24,000 bases of DNA, taken from Eubacteriales bacterium (lineage in GTDB: Bacteria; Bacillota; Clostridia; Oscillospirales; SIG627). Made by a program: the position numbers and the translations under genes. The stretch spans positions 3,606 through 27,605 of the forward strand of contig JAZPZL010000045.1 in the NCBI GenBank assembly GCA_045544655.1, in the 5' to 3' direction. Of the stretch, positions 1-5,449 are shown piece by piece. The notes below the pieces were generated by a model. That model was not told the DNA's origin and did not search any database. It saw nothing but the letters and a program-made list of their open reading frames with translations. Position 1 is the first letter of the stretch, and each line of letters opens with the position of its first letter.

Positions 1-252
<252 letters not shown>

Positions 253-382
253 TTATTCCTTTCTTTTGTATAGAATTAATTTTCCGTATGAGATTATATC
301 ACTAAAAATATATAATGTAAAGGTAAAAAAACGAGTTTTTTTAAAAAATTCAGAATAAAAATCAGGAAAATTCTCATTTTTT

Positions 383-411
383 TTGCATTTTTTCTAATTC
401 AGTGGTACAAT
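383..411 (+). promoter_or_regulatory. Candidate sigma-A promoter for comM
   Basis: TTGCAT (383-388), 17-nt spacer, TACAAT (406-411), with TG at 403-404 (extended -10). It sits in a very AT-rich ~170-bp divergent intergenic region. A purine-rich RBS (GGGGGGAGAAGG) directly precedes the ATG at 445. Confidence 0.45.
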
Positions 412-444
412 TGGAGAAAGAATGCAGAGAAAGGGGGGAGAAGG

Positions 445-1971
445 ATGATCGTAAAGATCGGAACCTGCGCGCTTTGGGGCTTGGACGGCTTCGAGGTGGC
501 GGTGGAGGCCTTTCAGGGAAAAGGCACTTTTGAAATGGAGATCATCGGTCTTCCGGATCTTGCGGTGAAGGAGAGCCAGAGCCGTATTACCGCAACCCTT
601 CTCGCGTTAAAGCTCCCCGTGCCGTCGGGCAAGGTTACGGTCAATCTTGCTCCTGCGGATCGGAAAAAGCAGGGGAGCGGATTCGATCTTCCCATTCTGA
701 TGGCACTTTTGTCCATGACCGCTCTGGGGGGAATGGAGCTGGGGGACAGCTTCTTTTTCGGGGAGCTTGGACTGGACGGATCCCTCCGCGGCGGCGCGGG
801 CGCTTTGCCTAAGGCACTTGCCGCAAGGGATGCGGGGGCAAAACGTCTGTTCCTTCCCAAGGAAAATGAAAGGGAATGCTCCGTGGTGGAGGGCTTGACC
901 GTATTCGGCGCGGATCACGTCAGCCAAATTCTGGATCACCTTTTGGGCAAGGCTCTTCTGACTCCTGCCGTTTTTGATCGGGACGAGGCGTTGAAGGCGC
1001 GGGAATGCGCCGTGGATTTTGCGGATATTCGGGGTCAGGCGCTTGCCAAGCGCGCCCTTGAAATTGCGGCGGCGGGAAATCATAACCTGCTTCTCGTGGG
1101 ACCGCCCGGCAGCGGAAAAAGCTTGCTTTCCAAGGCAATTCCCGGCATTTTGCCGGAAATGAGCTTTGAGGAAATGCTCTGTACCACCGCCGTTCATTCC
1201 GTCAGCGGGACGCTTCCCCAAGGTCAGTCCCTGATTCGGGAGCGACCCTTCCGTGCGCCTCACCATACCATGAGCTTTGCGGGCTTGGTTGGGGGCGGTC
1301 AGAATCCCTGTCCGGGTGAGATCAGCCTTGCCCACAACGGCGTTTTGTTTCTGGACGAGTTGCCGGAATTCGACAAGCGGAATCTGGAAATTCTCCGTCA
1401 GCCCCTGGAGGATCGGCAGGTGACCATCACCCGCGCCGCGTGGAAGATGACCTTCCCCTCGGATTTTATGCTGGTGTGCGCCATGAATCCCTGTCCCTGC
1501 GGGTATTACGGAGATCCCACCCATCGCTGCAGCTGTTCCAAGGCGGCGGTGGAGCGTTATCTGGGAAAGATCTCGGGACCTTTGCTGGACCGTATTGATA
1601 TGCGGGTGGAGGTACCCGCTCTGTCCTTTGAGGAATTGGAAAACAAGACTCCCGCAGAGTCCTCCGCTTCGGTTCGGGAGCGGGTAAACCGCGCCAGAAA
1701 AAGTGCAAGAGAGCGGTATGAGGAATACGGAGTGACCTGTAACGGCGCCCTTTCCGGCGCTCTGACCAAAAAAATGTGCGTGATGGACGAGGGAGCGAAG
1801 GCTTGTATGAAGGAAAGCTTTCAGGCGCTTCAGCTTTCCGCCCGCGGCTACGACCGCATTCTCCGCCTTGCCCGTACCATTGCGGATCTGGAGGGCGCGG
1901 AGCTGATTGGTGAAAATCATATTTTGGAGGCGGTGCAGTACCGCGTTTCCTCGGAGAAGTATTTTGGATAA
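445..1971 (+). CDS. comM: Mg-chelatase-like AAA+ ATPase, YifB/ComM family
   Basis: 508-aa ORF. N-terminal Lon-protease-like ChlI region (GLPDLAVKESQSRI ... APADRKKQGSGFDLPILMALL). Walker A is LLLVGPPGSGKSLL, Walker B is GVLFLDELPEF. It has the Zn-ribbon-like CPCGYYGDPTHRCSCS and the conserved C-terminal LSARGYDRILRLARTIADLEG. Confidence 0.92.
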   Translation: MIVKIGTCALWGLDGFEVAVEAFQGKGTFEMEIIGLPDLAVKESQSRITATLLALKLPVPSGKVTVNLAPADRKKQGSGFDLPILMALLSMTALGGMELGDSFFFGELGLDGSLRGGAGALPKALAARDAGAKRLFLPKENERECSVVEGLTVFGADHVSQILDHLLGKALLTPAVFDRDEALKARECAVDFADIRGQALAKRALEIAAAGNHNLLLVGPPGSGKSLLSKAIPGILPEMSFEEMLCTTAVHSVSGTLPQGQSLIRERPFRAPHHTMSFAGLVGGGQNPCPGEISLAHNGVLFLDELPEFDKRNLEILRQPLEDRQVTITRAAWKMTFPSDFMLVCAMNPCPCGYYGDPTHRCSCSKAAVERYLGKISGPLLDRIDMRVEVPALSFEELENKTPAESSASVRERVNRARKSARERYEEYGVTCNGALSGALTKKMCVMDEGAKACMKESFQALQLSARGYDRILRLARTIADLEGAELIGENHILEAVQYRVSSEKYFG

Positions 1972-2401
1972 GCTGAATATTAAAAATAAGGACCGCTTCC
2001 TCCGCGCCTTTTGCAGAACGGTGGAGGAGAGCCGCTTTTTCACCCGTTTCGGATTTGGAAAAGGGGAATACGCAGGGCGGAGGATCCGCGGTGGATTTTT
2101 GCTGTATCGACGGCGGAGAGGGATCTTTTCTCTCTTCGCTCTGACCCTCTGGGGGACCTTTTCCCGGGAAGAGGGAAGGGACGTTCTGCAGCTTCGCTTC
2201 GGGCGGTGCGTTCCCGTGGCGATCCTTTGGTGCCTTTGGTGCGCCTGGATGCTTTTGGCGGGGATTTTGCTGGTGGCTTCCTCCCCCGTGCTTGCCCTTT
2301 TGTTTCTCTTGCCCGCCCTTCTGTGCGCCTTGCCGCTTTTCCTCTTTTCCAAAAGGGAAAAGGCGCGGCTGATCGACCTCGGGAAGAGGCTGGAGGATTG
2401 A
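1907..2401 (+). CDS. Hypothetical small membrane protein; start uncertain
   Basis: 164-aa ORF. The C-terminal half is strongly hydrophobic (VPVAILWCLWCAWMLLAGILLVASSPVLALLFLLPALLCALPLFLF) and flanked by basic residues. No family was recognised. The ATG at 1907 overlaps comM by 65 nt and no good RBS is seen, so the ORF may start later or be spurious. Confidence 0.35.
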   Translation: MVKIIFWRRCSTAFPRRSILDKLNIKNKDRFLRAFCRTVEESRFFTRFGFGKGEYAGRRIRGGFLLYRRRRGIFSLFALTLWGTFSREEGRDVLQLRFGRCVPVAILWCLWCAWMLLAGILLVASSPVLALLFLLPALLCALPLFLFSKREKARLIDLGKRLED

Positions 2402-2405
2402 TGCA

Positions 2406-2474
2406 GGGCTTTGCCCCGCACCCCACAAGGATCTTTTTGAAAAAAGCTCCTTGACCTCAAAAACTTATTAAGGG
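2406..2474 (+). repeat. Interspersed intergenic repeat, copy 1 (GC-rich head + CTTTTTGAAAAAAG hairpin + AAAAACTT tail)
   Basis: Sequence gggctttgccccgcaccccacaaggatctttttgaaaaaagctccttgacctcaaaaacttattaaggg. Related copies are at 3876, 5345, 19848 (reverse), 22168 and 22556 (reverse). Confidence 0.8.
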
Positions 2475-2485
2475 AAGTTTCTTTG

Positions 2486-2509
2486 GTTCTTTCTTTTCAA
2501 AGAAAGAAC
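2486..2509 (+). promoter_or_regulatory. Leader hairpin upstream of metallophosphoesterase copy 1; function unknown
   Basis: Perfect 9-bp stem gttctttct / agaaagaac with loop tttcaa. It ends 16 nt before the AAGGAG RBS (2526-2531). No T-run follows, so it is not a canonical terminator. It is conserved base-for-base in the second unit. Confidence 0.4.
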
Positions 2510-2537
2510 GAAAAACGGAAAATACAAGGAGTTTTTT

Positions 2538-3869
2538 ATGCGTAAGATCGCCTCAATTTTGTTGGCATTTTGTTTGATGGCAGGGCTTTTGCCCGTATCG
2601 GCGGCGGAGTATACCTTTGCCGAGCCCATCGAGCAGGATAAGTGGAAGGATCCGGAGTTTTCCACGGACCACGCCTATTCCATTGCCTTCGTGGGCGATC
2701 CTCAGTTTATCAACAACAGCGACGTCAATTTCGGGGAAAAGAAAATGGAGCAGCTGTTCGGGGTCATTGCCGACACCGCCGAGGAGCGGAAGCTGAAGCA
2801 CGTATTCGTTTTGGGTGACATTACCCACGCAGGCTACCGCAACGACTCCAATCTTGCCTTCGCGCACAACTCCCCCCCCATTACTTCGGAATGGGAGAAC
2901 GCCCAAAAGTCCATTTTGCAGTTGAGTGACGCGGGCATTTCCTACTCTCTTTGCCGCGGCAATCACGACGACTATATGATGGACGATTACTTTAACGTCC
3001 ATGCCTACACCGATCAGTTCAAGGACTGCGGCGGATTTTTCAGCGATTCCGAGGCCAAGTATACCAAGGCGCGCGAGCCGAAGAATCCCGATAATTACGT
3101 TTATTGGAGTGCGACCACCGGCTACCACAAGGAGTCCATCGTCAATTCCTACAAGACGGCGGAGATCTGCGGAAACAAGTACATTTTTATTACCGTGGAC
3201 TTTAATCCCACGATGAAGGTGGTGAAATGGCTGAACGGGATCCTGGAGGAATACTCCGATCACATGGCGATCGTCACCACCCACGCCTATATCAATAAGC
3301 TTGGCAAGCATCTGACCTACAACGACGGCACCATGTACGATCACGGCGTTGCCGCTCCTCAGCTTTGGGAGTCTTGTCTCAAGCTCCACGAAAATCTTCT
3401 GATGGTGGTCTGCGGCCACGTGGGATCCATCAAGCCCGTGGTGTCTGCCCGCAAGGGAGTCAACGGAAACACGGTGCGCGAGATCCTGATCAATCCCCAG
3501 AATTACGATCTGAACCGTGAGTCGGGCGGTGGTGTTCAGGATACGGGCGCGGTTGTGTATATGAACTTCTCCGAGGACGGAGGAAAGGTGACCTTCGACC
3601 ATTACTCCACCCTGATGAATAAGGAGTATGCCCACGAAAATTATCCCATGACCCTTTACAAGGAGAAGCCCTTGTTCCTCGAGGAACAGGAGGTAGATGC
3701 CAAGGTGGAGGAGGAAAAGAAGCCCGATCCCGTTCCTTCCGCTTCTACCGAGCCTCAGCTTCAGGGACAGAGCGGCATCGGAGCGGTGATCGCCGTGATC
3801 GCAGGTGCCCCGGCAGTTGCCGCCGTTGCCGTGGTGATCGTCGTGGTAAGGAAGAAAAAGAAGAAATAG
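2538..3869 (+). CDS. Secreted, C-terminally membrane-anchored calcineurin-like metallophosphoesterase (paralog 1)
   Basis: 443 aa. Signal peptide MRKIASILLAFCLMAGLLPVSA/AEY with an AXA-type cleavage site. Metallophosphoesterase motif series: VGDPQ, VLGDITH, RGNHDD, VTTHAY, CGHVG. The C-terminus has a hydrophobic helix (GIGAVIAVIAGAPAVAAVAVVIVVV) followed by RKKKKK. AAGGAG RBS lies 6-12 nt upstream. Confidence 0.85.
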   Translation: MRKIASILLAFCLMAGLLPVSAAEYTFAEPIEQDKWKDPEFSTDHAYSIAFVGDPQFINNSDVNFGEKKMEQLFGVIADTAEERKLKHVFVLGDITHAGYRNDSNLAFAHNSPPITSEWENAQKSILQLSDAGISYSLCRGNHDDYMMDDYFNVHAYTDQFKDCGGFFSDSEAKYTKAREPKNPDNYVYWSATTGYHKESIVNSYKTAEICGNKYIFITVDFNPTMKVVKWLNGILEEYSDHMAIVTTHAYINKLGKHLTYNDGTMYDHGVAAPQLWESCLKLHENLLMVVCGHVGSIKPVVSARKGVNGNTVREILINPQNYDLNRESGGGVQDTGAVVYMNFSEDGGKVTFDHYSTLMNKEYAHENYPMTLYKEKPLFLEEQEVDAKVEEEKKPDPVPSASTEPQLQGQSGIGAVIAVIAGAPAVAAVAVVIVVVRKKKKK

Positions 3870-3875
3870 GATGCA

Positions 3876-3944
3876 GGGCTTTGCCCCGCACCCCACAAGG
3901 AGCTTTTTGAAAAAAGCTCCTTGACCTGAAAAACTTATTAAGGG
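3876..3944 (+). repeat. Interspersed intergenic repeat, copy 2
   Basis: Nearly identical to copy 1. Here the core is a perfect 26-nt palindrome, aaggagctttttgaaaaaagctcctt (3897-3922). Confidence 0.8.
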
Positions 3945-3955
3945 AAGTTTCTTTG

Positions 3956-3979
3956 GTTCTTTCTTTTCAAAGAAAGAAC
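3956..3979 (+). promoter_or_regulatory. Leader hairpin upstream of metallophosphoesterase copy 2
   Basis: Same 9-bp stem and 6-nt loop as 2486-2509, offset by exactly 1470 bp. Confidence 0.4.
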
Positions 3980-4007
3980 GAAAAACGGAAAATACAAGGA
4001 GATTTTT

Positions 4008-5339
4008 ATGCGTAAGATCGCTTCAGTTTTGTTGGCTCTTTGCCTGATGGCAGGGCTTTTGCCCGTATCGGCGGCGGAGTATGTCTACGGCGAGCCGATG
4101 GAGCCGGAGCTTTGGATGGAGCCTGACTTTTCCACGGATCACGCCTATTCCATCGCTCTGGTGGGGGATACCCAGTGCCTGAGCCGCTGTGACATTCAGG
4201 ACGGAACGAAGGCTATGGAGCAGCTGTACGGTGTCATTGCCGATACCGCCAAGGAGCGGAAGCTGAAGCACGTATTCGTTTTGGGCGATATTACGGATAT
4301 GAGCTACCGCAACGACAGGAATCTGGGTTACGCCATTTTTCAACAGCCTATGACCTTGGAATGGGAAAATGCTCAGAAGGCGATCCTGCAAATGAGCGAG
4401 GCGGGCATTTCTTATTCGCTCGTTCGCGGCAACCACGACGACTATATGATGGACGATTATTTCAATATCCCCGCCTACACCGATCAGTTCAAGGACTGCG
4501 GCGGCTTTTTCAGTGATTCCGCCGCTAAGCATTCGGGGGGAGAGGAACCCCGCAATCCCGAAAATTACGTATACTGGAGCGCCAAGACGGGTTACCACGA
4601 AAAATCCATCGTGAATTCTTATAAGACTATGGAGATCTGCGGGACCAAATATCTGTTTGTGACCGTGGATCACCACCTGACCATGAACGTTATTAACTGG
4701 GTGGATGAGACCCTGGCAAAATACCCCGATCATCTTGCCATCGTAGCCACCCACGCCTATATCGGCTCGGAGGGAAATCTGTTTTCCACCACCGAAGGAG
4801 ATACCCATCTGCCCAACGGACTTGCGGCGGAGCAGCTGTGGGAATTTGCTTTGAAAAAGCACGAAAACGTGCTGGCGGTGGTGTGCGGACACGTGGGAAC
4901 CCTTCGCCCCGTTTATTCCACGATGCGGCGCGGGATCCACGGAAACGTGGTGCGCCAGATCCTGGTGGATCCGCAGAATTACGATTACCGTGATGCCTAC
5001 GGCTCCGTAACCGGCGTTCAGCCCACGGGAATGGTTTTGTATATGAACTTTTCCGAAAACGGCGGAAAGGTGACCTTCGATTATTACTCTACCATTTTGG
5101 ATAAGGAAATGGTGGATGCGGATTATCCCCTGACCCTTTACAAGGAAAATCCCGTTGCGGATAAAAAGGCGATGGAGACCGTAGCCGACGCACAAAAGGA
5201 TCCCGTTCCCACCGCCTCCACCGAGCCTCAGCTTCAGGGACAGAGCGGCATCGGAGCGGTGATCGCTGTGATCGCAGGTGCCTCGGCAGTTGCCGCCATT
5301 GCCGTGGTGATCGTCGCGGTAAGGAAGAAAAAGAAATAG
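4008..5339 (+). CDS. Secreted, C-terminally membrane-anchored calcineurin-like metallophosphoesterase (paralog 2)
   Basis: 443 aa, roughly two-thirds identical to paralog 1 by eye. Motifs: VGDTQ, VLGDITD, RGNHDD, VATHAY, CGHVG. Signal peptide and C-terminal anchor (GIGAVIAVIAGASAVAAIAVVIVAVRKKKK) are nearly identical to paralog 1. Confidence 0.85.
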   Translation: MRKIASVLLALCLMAGLLPVSAAEYVYGEPMEPELWMEPDFSTDHAYSIALVGDTQCLSRCDIQDGTKAMEQLYGVIADTAKERKLKHVFVLGDITDMSYRNDRNLGYAIFQQPMTLEWENAQKAILQMSEAGISYSLVRGNHDDYMMDDYFNIPAYTDQFKDCGGFFSDSAAKHSGGEEPRNPENYVYWSAKTGYHEKSIVNSYKTMEICGTKYLFVTVDHHLTMNVINWVDETLAKYPDHLAIVATHAYIGSEGNLFSTTEGDTHLPNGLAAEQLWEFALKKHENVLAVVCGHVGTLRPVYSTMRRGIHGNVVRQILVDPQNYDYRDAYGSVTGVQPTGMVLYMNFSENGGKVTFDYYSTILDKEMVDADYPLTLYKENPVADKKAMETVADAQKDPVPTASTEPQLQGQSGIGAVIAVIAGASAVAAIAVVIVAVRKKKK

Positions 5340-5344
5340 GATCC

Positions 5345-5390
5345 GCAAAACCTTTTTTTGAAAAAAAGGTTCTGCACTCCAAAAAACTTC
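5345..5390 (+). repeat. Interspersed intergenic repeat, variant B copy
   Basis: Sequence gcaaaacctttttttgaaaaaaaggttctgcactccaaaaaacttc. The reverse complement of 22556-22597 is almost identical, differing only in homopolymer lengths. Confidence 0.8.
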
Positions 5391-5412
5391 ACTCGAAAAA
5401 AACGAAAAAAAG

Positions 5413-5443
5413 GATCCCCGCAGAAAGGATTTCCGTGGGGATC
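5413..5443. terminator. Bidirectional rho-independent terminator between convergent genes
   Basis: Stem gatccccgc / gtggggatc with one G-U pair. It is flanked by an A-run (5404-5411) on one side and tttctttt (5444-5451) on the other. That places a U-tract after the hairpin on both strands. It lies between the stop of the metallophosphoesterase gene (5339) and the stop of the FHA-TIR-kinase gene (5450). Confidence 0.7.
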
Positions 5444-5449
5444 TTTCTT

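Larger units (their letters stand above)
2400..5339 (+). repeat. Exact-period 1470-bp tandem duplication (unit 1 = 2400-3869, unit 2 = 3870-5339); each unit is a 138-bp leader plus a 1332-bp metallophosphoesterase gene
   Basis: Leader 2400-2537 and leader 3870-4007 are near-identical, with about 4 differences in 138 nt. Both CDSs are 443 codons. The junction sits immediately after the stop codon: TGA-tgcaggg at 2399 versus TAG-gatgcaggg at 3867. Similarity is lost after GAT at 5340-5342. Confidence 0.95.

Noticed and set aside
445-1971. comM as a possible genomic-island insertion target (as in some Proteobacteria)
   Set aside because: comM is intact from start to stop, with all motifs in order. 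No integrase or att-like repeats flank it.
607-2460. 617-aa minus-strand ORF (and nested ones) antisense to comM
   Set aside because: It is Arg/Pro/Ser-rich low-complexity translation with no motifs. It is the typical antisense shadow ORF of a high-GC gene, and comM on the plus strand has unambiguous AAA+ motifs.
2400-4007. Repeated 138-bp segments considered as a possible CRISPR-like or regulatory array
   Set aside because: There are only two copies, spaced by a full gene (1470-bp period). This is a tandem gene duplication, not a repeat-spacer array. No cas genes or short regular repeats occur anywhere in the window.
2553-5348. 447-aa and 441-aa minus-strand ORFs antisense to the two metallophosphoesterase genes
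   Set aside because: They mirror the duplicated plus-strand genes, which have a signal peptide, an ordered metallophosphoesterase motif series and an RBS. The antisense products have none of these.
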